Shown: positions 50,539-64,000 of the stretch, one piece after another | How positions within the stretch are numbered: the stretch's first letter is position 1 | How the letters are laid out: each line of letters begins with the position of its first letter | Assembly: GCA_036172245.1 (NCBI GenBank) | Contig: JAYWIR010000007.1 | Location: 3,596,001-3,660,000, forward strand | DNA length: 64,000 nt | From: Raillietiella orientalis | Lineage: Eukaryota | Direction of reading: 5' to 3' | Notes under the pieces: model-generated | What the model saw: the letters and a program-made list of their open reading frames with translations, nothing else | Told to the model about the DNA's origin: nothing | Databases searched by the model: none | Position numbers and translations under genes: made by a program

Positions 50539-53500
50539 CGATCGTCCACGTGACCCGCGGATCGAAGGTCGTTTCTTAAGCGCGGCAGCTGGATGCGGTG
50601 GATTCCGTACAACGCGCTGTGGGCGAAGGCGCATCTCAATATCGAGTTGCCTCAAAAGGTTTCCAGCATCCTCGAACCCTGTGCGACCATCGGGGTTTAG
50701 GGTCGTGGGCGGAAGGGCTCGAAAACTTCCTGATAGGGAAAGTGGGAGAGGGAAGGGGGAACTTTCCAAGAACGCAGTGATTCTCTTCCGCCCTTCCGTT
50801 TGCGCGGGAGCTGCAGCCGTCTCTCCTGGAAACAGCGGCTCCGAAATGTGCTGGTCGAGTGGCACCTGATCTGGTCCGTGCGTTCCCCGGACATTTTGGA
50901 GGAAGCACTTCCTCCCGGTTTCCACGACCCTTGAGGGCACGTATCGGCTCCTGGACGTCGAAGTCTGCATGGCTGCTTCCCTTGATCAGTTCCCGCGGAG
51001 CTCCCCACTTCGAAGGGTGGATGCTTTCTGGACAGTGGATTCTGCCTGTCAGGCACTCAGAGCGAGTCCCTGAAACGAAAACAGAGGGCGATCCACGGAA
51101 TCATGACGCCCTTTCGCAGAAGTGTGACGAAGCGGGGATGCACTAGCGTCGGCGGCAGTGCACCAGGATGTGAACGCTTCCCAGTGCAAGGACATCTCCT
51201 CCTTTTAAGGATCCCTAGAGAAGCTTTAGCCGGTCCAGCTGATGGCATCTCGGATTGCAGCGGACAGCACACATGTGGCCTTTGTGGCAAATGGAGTGTC
51301 TGCAGTCGGCAGTCCGAGTGGCCTTCGCTGTCCTCCACGAACAAGATGCAACCGGAAGCCCGACCAACCTCAGCACTAGGCAGGACTGAGTAATCACGTA
51401 AGATCTTCCACATTTTGCTTTGTTCTTGGCCATCACGAGTTGATGTTGTTGGTGTTGGTAATTTTCTCACAGAAATTTAGGCTGCATCTGTTGCTTCTTT
51501 CCACGTGCAAAAACGGAGCCTCGGTTCTTCCAGTCTCCAGATGGTTTTTGAAGCTCCTCGTCTTCCGGATCCAGCAGTGCTATGACCACCAGCTTCCAGA
51601 TGAATTCTTGATTTCAAGCGACTTGACCATATATTCAACCAACGAAATGACCAAAGATGTATTCTTCATCCCGGTTAACACCAAGAAACTGTTTGAAAAA
51701 TTTGGCACCAGATTCACCCCTCCATTGGACGCAATGCATGGACTCTTTCGGCAGATGAAAGCAACTGCTTCTGCAACCAATAATAAGGGCGCGTACACAG
51801 TTTCGAAATTACGCTCTGGTGGAAGATAGACATCGTCTTTTTCGCGACACATTTCTCAAGGACAGCTCCGTAGACCACTTTGTCGTGGACGAAGGGTACG
51901 CATCAATAAAATTCACCTTTCGCAAGGTTCTCCTTTCCTCTTAGCGAAGGCGGAAAGCTGCTCCCACGCGCGCGTCCCGTGAAAACCATCCTACTTCCAG
52001 GGGATGCTACGCGAATGTTGCCTCGTGTTGGCATGGCATTGGTTTGATGCTGTCTTCTCAAAAAACTTGGAGGAACCGCCGTTACTTGGAGCAATGATCG
52101 CTGGGAAACCGTCCTGATCCAGATAAATGAGTTTCATGCAAGGGAAATTGTGTTCTCTCCACATCAGTCCCCTATCCATGACGGTCTTGCGGAGGAATGA
52201 GCCCGCACGACAGACTCAATGACAGAAGGGAGAATATAAGGCAGCCAAGAATAGAAATAGGTTATTCACAGATGTCCAGGAGAGTATCAATCTGAAACTA
52301 AGCTAAGTACTAGTTTAACTGGTACTTAAGTTGTACATCGCACCATGCAATCTGGGAATCGACATGACTATCCTTCTTAGACCAGCATTTCGAGGTAATG
52401 GCCGACTTTCAAAGCGATTTGGATTTGTTTTCCGTCCACGAGGAGCTGATGCGAAACTCTTGAATAAAACCAATTGAAACAGAAGGGTCTGAAGACCACG
52501 TGGGACCACATGCAACTGGTCTTTGCAGTCGTTTGGCATTCTTTACGCCTTTAATGAAAACCCGTCCGCTGCTTCGTAACCAAGAGGGCGGGTTCTCGCT
52601 TTCGGATCTTCCAAGTCAGCTAGCTGGGATTCACCCTTTCATCCTTTCCCGTGTAGTCGACGCAAGAAATGCACCACCTTCCGTGGTAGAGCAGAGCATC
52701 GCCTCTTCTCAGACAGGGGTCTTTGTTTAAAACTTGGAATCATCTTGCCTTCAGTTTCACACTGCGCGTGCAGCAGCTCCTACTACTTTGGCACAACGTG
52801 GTGGTTTCACACCAAACTTTCGTTTGAAAGAAATTCATCACACGGATATCGTTCAGAGATAATCACTGCGCTTCACCTCCGTGCGCAGCATCAGCGCGGA
52901 GGTGGGATGTTCCAGAATTCATACATTTGGCGAACGAAGACCCGGACCAACCACACACATCCGTTCACAGCAGCATGCAGGAAAATGACCAACCACGGTT
53001 TGCGATTTCATCTGCCCGTTCGTCCAACGCTGCTCCTTTTTTCTCTTCTTTATTCCTTTACCGAAATACTCGAAACGTTCTCTCTTCTCCAGATTCTCTT
53101 TTGGTGACCAAAAGCCCATAACTGGATCTCTCGGCCAATGAGGAACGTGCTGTAGCTGACTCTTGAGCGCGGCAGTACACAGGAACCAGTCAGTTCCAAC
53201 GTGCTGACTGCATCGACTCCCGAGGTCTCGTCAGGGTCTCTCGGACCACAAGTCAAGCAAGACCGGAGTCATTTCGCTTCCCCTCAGAAGAAAGCCACGA
53301 AGCCTCGGAGGTTGCTTTCCCAATTTGCGGATGGCCGAATTTGACGTCAGCAGCCCCCATTCAGTGTGCAAGAAGCTGTGATCCCTTCACCTCACTGGAT
53401 CCACGGGTTGTTAACCAGCACGTACGAATTTGCTAGGATTCCTGGAGCTCAGCGAAGCGACAGGCGCATCGTCGTCGTCTACAAAAACTGGATGCTGGAA

Positions 53501-56500
53501 AAACCGGACCTTTGTTCACTTGTAGCGAGCAGCTGTGTGCTTCTAACATGGCAAGCCAAACGATTGCTCGGTGTGCGCTTCTATTTAGATGATGCATCCT
53601 TGGAATGAATGCACTGCTTTGAAGTTTTCCTGTTTCCAACTGCCGCCTCTTTCCTCACCTCCTTTTTGCATCCCAATCTGAACAAAGAGTCTAGAATCAT
53701 CACGGAATAAGAAGCAAACTTCCTTTGTGGTGTTCCCGACACTTTTTTCCCGAAGTTTCAGCAGGTTCTGAGATTCACAGGAAATCGCATTCGCTTCCCA
53801 GGAGTAGGGTAGAATCAACTTTTCTTGTTAAAACGCCCTTCGAAACGTCAGTCTAGGGGCACGTGGCCGGACCACGGCTTGCTCCACTACAAAGTCCATT
53901 CTTCTTTATCCACGTTTGCTGTTGCGATCGAATTCCTCCCAGAGCGGCTGCTTGCTGCAGGCAGAGACCGCTCTGCAAGCGCTCGCAGGAAGAGACGTTG
54001 AAATTTCACAAACTTTTTGCATCCGAAGTTTCTTGTAATTACGGAGCACTCGGGAGACCTTTAGGCAAACTTTCGAATAAATCCCGGAGATTGTAGCAGG
54101 GACGAAGGCAAACCGTACTGCGCTCCGTGCCTTTCCGTTGGGGCAAGGGAAGAGACAGCGTTCTGGATGATTCGAAACTTGCAAGAAAACAAAGCAGATG
54201 CGCAACAGACTCTTATGTACTTAATGTTTTTGCAGGGCTCCCTCGGCTCCAAGAGGCCGGGATCCCACGGATGGACTCTTCCGCTTTCTGTGTGTTCTTG
54301 TGTGTGTGTGTGCTTTTTCTCACATCCACGATTTCCGATTTTCTAAAGTTAAGGGGGGACTGCCGTGACTTTCAAACTTTCGATGGCGCCGCCGTAAGGG
54401 CCGAACGCGGCAACACTTGCTTCTCGTGAAAACAGAAAATTCCATCCTTGCTTGCGAACCCTACGTGGGCCGCTCGTCTCCACGAGCAGCAACCCGTCCG
54501 AGAAATGCCATTCCCAGGGAGGTTTTCTCGAAGTTTCGAAAGTCCGGTAGCTATGGATTTTAAAAGGTGAGCGAAGGAAACGGGAGTGCTAATCAAATAT
54601 GTAAAAGAGCATACTCCTGACACAATGACGAACGAGCGAACGTTTCGTGATGTGGCCACAGCCTCTCGTCGCAGACTGGTCGATTCGCAGCAGCATCACA
54701 TTTCGCCCGGGCATGACTTCTCTTGCATGCACTCAGCATCTTTTCCAACAGCAACTTTTCGATTCCTCGTGAAGAAGTCTTTGCGCCTCAAATAAAGTTT
54801 AGGGCATGGGACTTGTATATATTTCCTTCACAGATCTGAAGAGAAACAGCCAGCTGAGAACCTTGCGGAGCCGATTTTCGACAAGATGCTGTTGAGATGA
54901 ACACCCAAAAACGATGTGTGAATAACGCGGCGTTTTCGAATCTGCTGCTTTGCTAGCCCGCAACAGAAGAAAACGACCGGAAACATAAACCGGAAGTTAT
55001 GCGAAGTTCTTGCTCGTCATGGCTCGCCGCTCCATCATGATTCATCATCAGCCAGCTTGGAAGTATTCTTTTAAAAAAAAAAATTTCATGTCCTCAAGGG
55101 TCCAGGAAAAGCAGCTGAAAATAAATCCATGCTGTCATCACTTAATTGGGCAAAGCCGATTTTGCAAGGAGAAATAATGCAAGATTACCGTCCATCGCTT
55201 TGTTCCAAACACTGCACGAAGTCTCCTGGTCCAGGAATAAGTCGCATCGCAGCTTCCACCGGCTTGCGCCCCCGTTTGCATCAGACACCTGCGTTTCCTC
55301 TCGCCTGATTATACAGTCCGAACAATATTGACGACGAAACATGCCGATTCAGCTTCGCTGACAAAGAGTAGTCGTAGAGAGAGAGAGAGAGAGAAAATGC
55401 CATCTGACATCACAGAGTGAGTGCCGTCATTTTCCAAGATGTTCGCACCTCTCTCCTAATGAGTAAAGTTCAGCAGGACTTTTTGTTGCTAATCTCCTGT
55501 TCCTGCAATGGTGGCACACACCGAGGCTTTCAAAGTTCCGGAATTATTCGATGCCTTCTTATGCAAGGCACTGAACTCGAGAGCGGCTGATCTCGTGGGG
55601 GGGGGAGGGGGGCTGGTGGTCGGAGTTCCTAGATCGGCGTGGAAAAAAAAAAAAAAAACCAACTTTATGGGGGTAGCCGAATCATTCCCCTTTCAACAGG
55701 GCAATGATTGCAATTTATGCAGCATATTTTTATAAGATGGTACATGCGCGACGTGAGTCATTTCTTTGAGCGGAACATCAGAACACCAAGGTCACAAAAT
55801 CAAAACGAATTTATTGATGACCTGTTTTCCTGTGAACTAAAAGGCACGGTTTTGAGCGCGCTTTCCCATTTCCTTCCCGGGTCTACGCTGCTCCAGGTTT
55901 GAACACCGCTACTCAAAGCCGTTTACTACAGAAACACTGGGGAAGCAGATCTGTGAACAAACGGGAAAGGTCATGGCATAAGGAAGCTCGCGCCACTCAA
56001 CGGACTGATTGGGATTTCCCAACGCTCAACCTTCTCCGTACAACTCCGTACGTGTACATTGCCCTGTGGTTAGCTTCAATCTCTGAGATTCTTTTAAAGT
56101 AATGCACCGCATTGAAAGAAGTGAATAAAATTGCACGACTCTGCACGATGGGGATTTCACACTGACCGACTCTTGACCATCACCCGACAAAGGTCCTGAT
56201 GACCAGTCCGTGGTATTCGAACTAAACCCGTAAAGCCTGCGTTCCTGAAAAGCCAAGCACGAGGACCAAGGTGAACGGGAAGAGGCCTGCAGGCCACAAG
56301 GTGCGATCAGAAGCGTAAAAACTGTCAAGCAGCTACTCAGCCGGTTTATTCAGCACACAGCAGTTGACGTGAGAGAGCATCGTGTCCGCAGATGATCCCA
56401 TCTCACGCTAAATGAAGAAATAACAAGCACTTTTAGATCCGGTACGATTCTTCGTGCATCAGTCGAGACATCATGGGCAGCAGGCCGTGCGGATGAAAAA

Positions 56501-56949
56501 TTGGCTCCTTCGAACTTCCTGGCTAAAGGGTTGCACGGGAAGCTTGGATGATTTCGTCGATGCCTGCTAAGCACGTGTGCACCGAAAGCCAAGCTTTTCG
56601 GTGTACTTTTCGTCGTTCAAGCTCACTAAGAGAACCACACAGCAAACGGGTCTGTACTGGAAGCGTACATTTACGATCGAGTCTCCATCCAATGCTCGGT
56701 CGAACGATGGAGGGAGTGAGCACAAGAACTGGATTGCGAGCAGAAGGCAACAGAACGTATTCCGGGCAGCATACGAGATACACGATTCACTTTGGTTAGA
56801 CACGGAATGTGACCAAACCCTATATTTCTTTATGAGAACATTTCTGTTCCGGGCATGACAGACATCATTTTTCAATCTTTTTCGGTTGCCAGGAGGGGAG
56901 GAGATGTTACAGCCGCAGTTGTCGTCGCAATTAAGGCTTCTAACGAACG

Positions 56950-56955
56950 TTTATT
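56950..56955 (-). terminator. AATAAA poly(A) signal candidate of the IPP-like gene
   Basis: TTTATT on the + strand, about 250 nt downstream of the TAA. Confidence 0.45.
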
Positions 56956-57208
56956 AACAGCTGTCCGAGATCTAATGGCTGGGATTGATGGCCGGCGACG
57001 GAATCTGTCGTGTCGACAGGTGAAAATCCATTTGTCCGAATGGGCGAAGCTTCGATGCCGAGGGTCCGTTTTCCGAGATCGCCAATCTCATTCCGGATCG
57101 CCAATCGAGACTTTAAAACGACTTGGAGCGCAACCGGCTGTCCGTAGCTATCCGGAACCACGAAACGCGACGTCGAAGCACGAGGACGGCACGCCCGACG
57201 CGCGGTGA

Positions 57209-59403
57209 TTACAGGACCACAGCCCCTGCCTCGCTGCGGCTCTCCGGAAGAGGCACACAATCGCTCCACTGGACCGAATGGGGATCGAAGAACTCCACCG
57301 AGGAGATGGTGACCAGCGCACGGTAGAAATCCCCGACTTCGTGCAGCTGATCGCCGCCAATCACGTAAAGCAAACCGTTGGCTGCGGCCACGGCAGGAGA
57401 CGTTCGTCCCACTTTCATCGAAGGCAACGTGACCCAGGTGTTCTAAGAATCCAGAAGATGGGGAGGGGGTAACATTCACCGTCTGCAAGGAACGCTGGAT
57501 GCTGACCTGTTCGAACGAATACCTCTCGGCCGATTTCAGAACTACGTTGTTCTTGTTTATGCCGCCGACCACGTACAAGTGATGATCCAAAACGGCTACC
57601 CCCATCTGACTGCGGGGTACTAGCATGGGTGCCAAAGGCGTCCACTCCGCGGTTACTGGATTGTAGCACAAAAGTTCGCGCAAGTGCCTCTGAGCGTGGG
57701 TGCATCCTCCCAAAATGTAAATGAGGCCTTGGTAGGCGACCGTGCCCATGCTGAAGCGAGGTTCCGGCATGTTGGCTTGCAGCTGCCACTCGTCCAGTTT
57801 CGGATCGTATCTCTCTATGGTGCCTCCGATGTCCTCGCCAACCCATCCGCCGATCGCATAGAGGTAGTCGTCCAACGCACAAAGGCCGAACTCGCACCTC
57901 GGCACCACCATGCAGGCCATCCTCTCCCACACTTCCTCCTGGAATGCTCTGTGCAGCGGACGTTCGCGCGTATGGGCGGGCCGTTTACCTGTGGGTCATA
58001 AACCTCCCCGTTGGCGAGTATCTGCGACTCCTGCTCCCCGCCGACTACGTAGATCTTACCGTGCAGCAGCGCGACCCCGGGAAGGATGCGGCCGATCTCC
58101 ATCGAAGAGACGCGGTGCCACTCCTTGCGGATGGTGTCGAACGTTTCCACGGTTTCGAAGGTGCACTCGGAACGCGTCCACGAGCAGATCAGTTCGCGCT
58201 TCGATCCGCCGATCACGAAGATCGTCTTGCGCGCGCACTCGCGCGGATGCACTTGCAGGTTCACGAGAGTTCCGTGCTGGGCTTGCAGGTCGCGTCGAAT
58301 GCTGCATAGCGCGACCTACGCGCGAACGAGAGCACGCGATCACCAACGCGACCGCCGTCAGTTTACCCGCAGACTCCGGTCGGAGCATTCCTGGATGGTT
58401 TTGTCTATGAGACAGGATGGGATAAGAGGTAATCGAATTTTGGCCAAGATCTCAAACACGTGGCACCTCCTTTCTTTGATGTCGCGTTTCATCCATCGGA
58501 GCGCAGCCTGGAAAACCTAAGGACCAGTACGGGTGAGCACCGGAAAAAAAAAAGGGGGGGGGGGAGGGGGGATTGGAGGGGGGGGGGGAGGGAGTGGAAA
58601 GTCCGAACCGGATGCACCTGAAACTCGCTGTCCACGCGAAGCTTCTCGCTGGCCAGCAACTTCAGGAGTTCGTCTTTGGACAGCAGGAGAAACTCTTCCG
58701 AGCAAGAAACGAGAACAAAGTTCTGGGCTATAAAATGCTGCGCCACGATCGCGAGTTCGGCACAGTTGTGCATTTCGGCGAAACTTTGGATGCCCAGGCA
58801 ATTCGAGTGATGAAGCTCCTTTTTCAGGAAATCGGAGCACGCGGTAACGACTTCAGTCAGCCCCAGCATGTCCGCGGCCATGAGCAGCTCCTGAACGTTT
58901 CCCTGATCCAGCTGTATCTCTCCTGAAACCGGCGGAATGAGCATCCAACTTCACGTAGCCATACCCGTGTATGTGAAATCGATAAGGGTTGATAGAGACT
59001 TTGGGGAGAGAGATGGAAGTTCAATAGTCATTTTCTGCTCTTCTATGAGGCCGTGGGAAAACATTGCGTTGAAATATGCGCTGCATGAACTGAGGACAGC
59101 TCGGTGCGCCTACAGCCAATCACGTTAATTCATCCGAAAGAGGTTGCAAAAACAGACCTTGATGACGTGGCCATCCACCGTCAACTCCACATCGCAAAAG
59201 CGTCCCGAATCCCGCAGACGGTTCAGCTCTTCCAGTATCTTCCTTGCATAAAGGTCGCAAAAGTACCTCTGCGATGATTTTCGCAAGCAAGATTCACCCG
59301 AAGGATCGGAACAGGGCAATATGCAGCTGGTCATACTGGAAGATTCCAAGGATTCGGAGTGAACGAAGGTGACCAAGGGCCGCCGACTCACTTCGACATT
59401 CAT
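57209..59403 (-). CDS. IPP: BTB-BACK-Kelch protein, actin-binding protein IPP (KLHL27)-like, 7 exons, ~612 aa
   Basis: Exons 59403-59158, 59109-58965, 58922-58618, 58516-58367, 58315-57989, 57938-57507 and 57442-57209; 1839 nt with consistent phases. BTB RFCDVELTVDGHVIKAHRAVLSSCSAYFNAMF; BACK LRVDSEFQVFQAALRW; six Kelch blades (FVIGG, YVVGG, YAIGG, YILGG, YVVGG, YVIGG). IPP-like PRECARK and C-terminal SRSEAGAVVL. The start codon is uncertain because a downstream Met could be used. Confidence 0.9.
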
Positions 59404-61393
59404 AAAAACGAGCGAAGCACCAGTTTATTGAAAGACACCATGGTTAGGAAAAACAGAGAGCGGAGCAGTGGTTAGGAAGAACGGGGAGAGTGCGGTGATT
59501 CCAAGCAAGAGATGATATATGGCCACAAGACGACAACATTGGGAAAGAAAATATCGAGCAACCGCAGACAACGGAAGCGAACATCCACTGGGGCTGTTGC
59601 CGTACACTTCACGAATGAAAGAGCACCTGAAGCGGAACGCACACAATATTGTGAGGAGGTGCGCTTTGAAAAAAAAAAAAAAAAAAAACTGCACTTCAAC
59701 AGATATCTAAAAACTCTGGACCAAACGGAGGAAGCTGGGACCGTTAGTCTTTTTTTTTTTTTTTTTTTTGCCTCAAAGCACGGAGACTAAGCAAAAGTAC
59801 ACGACGAGGACTCGCTGTTTTCCAAATGCAGAATCACGCGGCAGCGCTGTCGCACTCCACAGAAAACAACTGGACGAGATTGACGGCAGCAAATTTTAAT
59901 GTCCCCCACCCCCCACTCACCCCCACCCCGTGGCACACGATTCGAGAGAGAATTTTCACCTTTCCCCCCCCCCCCTTTCCTTTTTGGAATACCGAAAATA
60001 AAGACGGGGATTTATCGATCAGTACTGCTCATAAACCCATTGCAAATAGGAAAAATTACGCCATCGGCAACGCGTTTGATAAATTAATAACTCCAAGTTT
60101 CGGAAATTCTTTTGGAATTCAGATTTACGGGAACATTCCACGGGTCTGTCGAGCCGATTTTCAAGCACAGGGAACGTTTACGAAAAAAACCCTTTTTTTT
60201 TTCTTTTTCCCGAAACCACGTTCATTCATATTCATTGATTTTCCGTGACGGATACAGACGTACGCTGACATATTCGTAAACTACATGATATGTATACTTG
60301 TACGCCCGGAACGTGACATCTTCGAGCAAAATCACGATTTAAATACAAATAGTAAAAGCACAGAATAGGGCAACGGTCCTGGCGGTGGATGGCTACCACG
60401 ACCAAGTAATTGGATTTGTTTTGTTTCTAGGCAGCCGTCCACTAAGAACAAGACATTTTTCCGACCACACGTGGCTCTGAGGAACTTTTGCTCTGCTAAT
60501 TTTACCAGTTTTACGCTGCAGCTCACTCGAGAAAAACGATGTTAAAAATCACCGTTGCTAAAAACTCAACTGGGAGTGGGAGGTACCGTTTCAGTCCTCA
60601 GATAGGCGCATTAAGATACTTATCAGACAATTGATCAGTAGAGTAGAGGAGAGTAGGTCCATCATCTCGTGATAATGAGGAATTCGATGAAGTCGAAAAA
60701 CTAAAAGGCAGAATTTGCGAGGGAGGTGAGTGGACCTGGGGGGGGGGAGGGGAGCTATAAAGCAAGCTGAAAGCGTTCAAGGTTGCTGGTCGGGTGGTGG
60801 CGACACGACTAATATGTGTTATGGCCATCGGTTTTCAGTGTTTGCAAAACACACAATTTGAGAGAAACGTGAAGAAAAAAGGACTTCTTCAAAGGCCAAA
60901 ACAAAATAACCGAAGTAACAGATGGCAACCGAAACGATCAGGGAATGCCAAGACGCTTCCCTGATATGTAACCCACCTAGGATGTTTCCATTTACCATTT
61001 CTGCACGACAGACAGAAGGCGCGGTAATGTCACACGTCCAATGACGATGCCTTGATCGCCAAGTGTACAGACACACACATAAATTGGTACACACGAAATG
61101 TGAACGTGAAACGTCCTGGCGATTTCAACGCCGAGTTCTGATGTGAAAGACGATCGAAAAAGCATTTGTGAAAGCGAAACCAAAGAAAACATTTTCTCCG
61201 CAAATCGAGAAACGTCGTTAAAAGAGACATCCATTAGCAAATGTGAAACTGATCCGATCAAAATTCTTAAATTAAATAATGACTTCAAAAAAATAATAAT
61301 AATACCCGCTTCCTGAGATTCGGACGCTGCTAATACCTGCATGAAAAAAGAAACGAAATGCTTACTTATTCAAGTAAATTATCAGGGCCTTGT

Positions 61394-61399
<6 letters not shown>

Positions 61400-61453
<54 letters not shown>
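61400..61453. repeat. Poly(A) homopolymer, ~54 nt
   Basis: Uninterrupted A run; the length may be inflated by sequencing error. Confidence 0.9.
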
Positions 61454-61455
<2 letters not shown>

Positions 61456-64000
61456 AACTCTTTCATGCAGGATCCTCTTTGCTATCGGCAACGATATTTA
61501 ATTCAAGGAAAGAAAACGAAAGAAAGCCACATGCGAGATGCCTCGATGAGAAAAAACGGAGTCTTCTTTGAAAAGATAACGAAACGCTCACCAACGTGTG
61601 TCAGCTGGGTGAGATTCTCCCCCCCCCCCCCAGATGACATTTCAATTACGACCCGAGAAATCCATCAAACACGAACACCGCAATACACGGATGGAAAATG
61701 AAAAATTTTTCCAGGCGCTGATGTGCTGCACTTTGCTAAGACTCGCGCACAGAAGAAGCAGTCATCGAGGAGGACGAAATATTCATCTGCCGCTGAAGAA
61801 AAAAAACAAAAAAAAACACACACACACACACAATGAGATTAGGAAGAGAGAAAAAAGAAAAGGGGTAAACAAACGCCAAGATTAAGATGCAAAATCAAAA
61901 ATCTGGAAAACGCATCCGCGCAATTTGGTGATTTCGAATTCATCTACCGAGAGTTTCGATTTTCTTCTCCTTCCGGTAAACGTAAGCTTTAGAGGAGGAA
62001 AGCAATCCCTTTTTCGGTGGTGCAGCATACACACCGGAAGCGGATTCAAACCGAGAGTACCCCGATTTGCTCCTGCGAATCAACAGATATATCAGCATCC
62101 ACCTTAATCGGCTCGTTCTCCGAACGCAGGTCGTTTTTTGGCGTTTGAGTTTTTGAAATCCTGAAAAAATAAACTGACACTCGTGCTCTTCTGTACACGA
62201 GGTGTGTACAGATTTTTTGCAGCTCCGAACATTCGGTTCAAACATTCAAAAAACCCTTCTCGAAAATGCTTCTCCAATTTACATGGGAGCAGAATCTATT
62301 TCCAGGAAGTGTGAACCAGTTTTGTAAACCTATTTCATTCATAGCGCCCTAATGATAGTGACGATGATTATATTCTAGTGGTAATCCTAAAGTTCTCGTA
62401 TGTTCTTTCAACCGGTGTACAATGGAACAACCCTCGACGCACAATGAAATCTGCTTCACCCAAAACGAACGCAATGGTGCACCCACCCGCTCTTCGTGGA
62501 GAAGAGGGCTGTGACCACTCACGGAACGCAGGTTCCCCAAGAGGTCAAACGGAACGATTCGCGATTTCATCTTTCACATACTCTCTGTGCTCACAGTTAA
62601 CGGAAATTCCAAAACTACTTCCACAAAGCGGGAAAATGCAAACGCATCAACGTGCCACTCTTTTCCAGTGGCTGTTTGTGAGCAGCCTGAAATTTCAAAG
62701 ACGACCATTCCCCAGACTGCCAACATCTGCGGAAAACCGATTCGCACCATCTGCTCGGTTTGGTAAAACTGGTTTTCTGGAAAACCAGACGCCAGCCCCT
62801 GGTTCTCGAGCACTGTCGCAATTCGTGTAACACTGCAGTCACCTGCAGCAGAGCCTGAAGATTGAAATGGACCTTGGATACATAAACTCGGAGCTCCAGG
62901 CGATCCCTAGTCGAGGAGAACTTCTTTTCCTTTGGAACGATTTCTTATCGAACTTTCCAGGGGTGACACCGCCACCGAACTCCTTGACCCGTTATCACTA
63001 TGGACGAAGCGTCACGTTATCCTCATCTTGCTAAATACACCACGCAGTCTCTCGGATCAAACGGACACACAAAAACCTAAAGGCACGTTTGCCAGGCGAG
63101 GAAGAAACGAAAACTTTTCCAACGCCACCTTCATCTGTACGGTTCTTCAGTTTCCAAGGCTTCGTGGTGAAAAAAAACTAGCACTCCTTACTCGAGCGCC
63201 ATGGGAACCCTCACCACAGAGAGATGATCACTGCATAGGACGAGCAAACAAACCATTTGTTAAGAGGGGGGGGGGGGAAGTTCTAAACGTGAAGTCAACG
63301 CGGCTAGAAAAGTCTCACCGCCCGGGATGCGAAAAAACTGATCAAAGGGTCCATCTAAGTGAAGAACACGTAAAGATGAAATGGAAATATTCCAGCGATT
63401 TTTTTTATTGATGCTTATTTTCATTTTCACATGGCAAAAAAGGAAAGAGGACGAAAAGGGGAGGGTCCTCGAATGAAAGAACTTCGTAATTCATCAGACA
63501 AACAAAACAAAGAAACTTTGGGCTGCCTTACTTAGGCAGGCCATTATAAATCAAGTGAGTTGGTAAGGAAAACTTGAATCCATCAAAATCTAAAACATCT
63601 ACATTTAATCTTTTCAAAGCGCTCGCAAGTTATTTTTAAAGTCGACATTCTCTCAGTCAGTCCCAACTTAGGATACTGTACACAATTCGTATAGGTGTGC
63701 CAGAAATTCGGAATTTCTTGAGGATTTTTCGATCCCCAACTCTACACTTTCGTATTTGGAGTGCCTGCGTACTCCCACTCCTTCGACACGTGTGGCTCCG
63801 GTCCCTCAGTTCTTTGAAATCCCAACCGAGGAGGCTCTCCTTTTCATAATAGGTTTTTTTTTTTTTTTTTTTTCCTTTTTTTTTGCCCACACACGAGACT
63901 GCACCACAGACCAAAAATCAGTGGGGATGCTATAAACATTCCTTTCATAAAGCTTCAAAAGTCTCGTGCTGATCGAGTTCTCACCACAAGGAAATGAATC

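Noticed and set aside
51400..52300. Coding-looking lower-GC island, possibly a gene
   Set aside because: Stops occur in all frames and no motif is recognisable; probably decayed TE sequence, but unassignable.
62010..62110. tRNA or SINE head on the minus strand (GGTTTGAATCC B-box-like)
   Set aside because: No A box at suitable spacing and no cloverleaf.
59404..64000. Additional gene or IPP 5' UTR exons
   Set aside because: Some splice-like signals (e.g. around 61335 and 62843-62907 on the minus strand) but no coherent coding frame; cannot be supported without transcripts.

Overview
Eukaryotic (arthropod-type) genomic DNA with short GT-AG introns; the six-frame ORF track is mostly noise here. 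Four spliced genes can be assembled by hand. (1) The 3' end of a YTHDC1/YT521-B-like m6A reader (+, last five coding exons, 4741-6781). (2) A complete 19-exon Ptp99A-like receptor tyrosine phosphatase (+, 13040-38372, about 1286 aa: signal peptide, Ig, 4 FN3, TM, active D1, inactive D2). (3) A 3-exon secreted protein with two follistatin/Kazal modules (-, 50490-49401, 318 aa). (4) A 7-exon BTB-BACK-Kelch IPP/KLHL27-like gene (-, 59403-57209, about 612 aa). Non-coding structure includes a ~285-bp inverted repeat pair enclosing the phosphatase promoter, exon 1 and a 41-bp tandem array carrying AACCGGTT and TTTCGCGC motifs, a duplicated hairpin-forming element, a 60-nt near-perfect hairpin, and decayed transposon fragments (the clearest is PIF/Harbinger-like). 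Best leads: candidate double UGA-C readthrough at the phosphatase C-terminus, the inverted-repeat-bracketed promoter cassette, a GC-AG intron after the TM exon, and a long YTHDC1 intron with cryptic exons. All calls come from manual reading and recalled family motifs; no searches were run.
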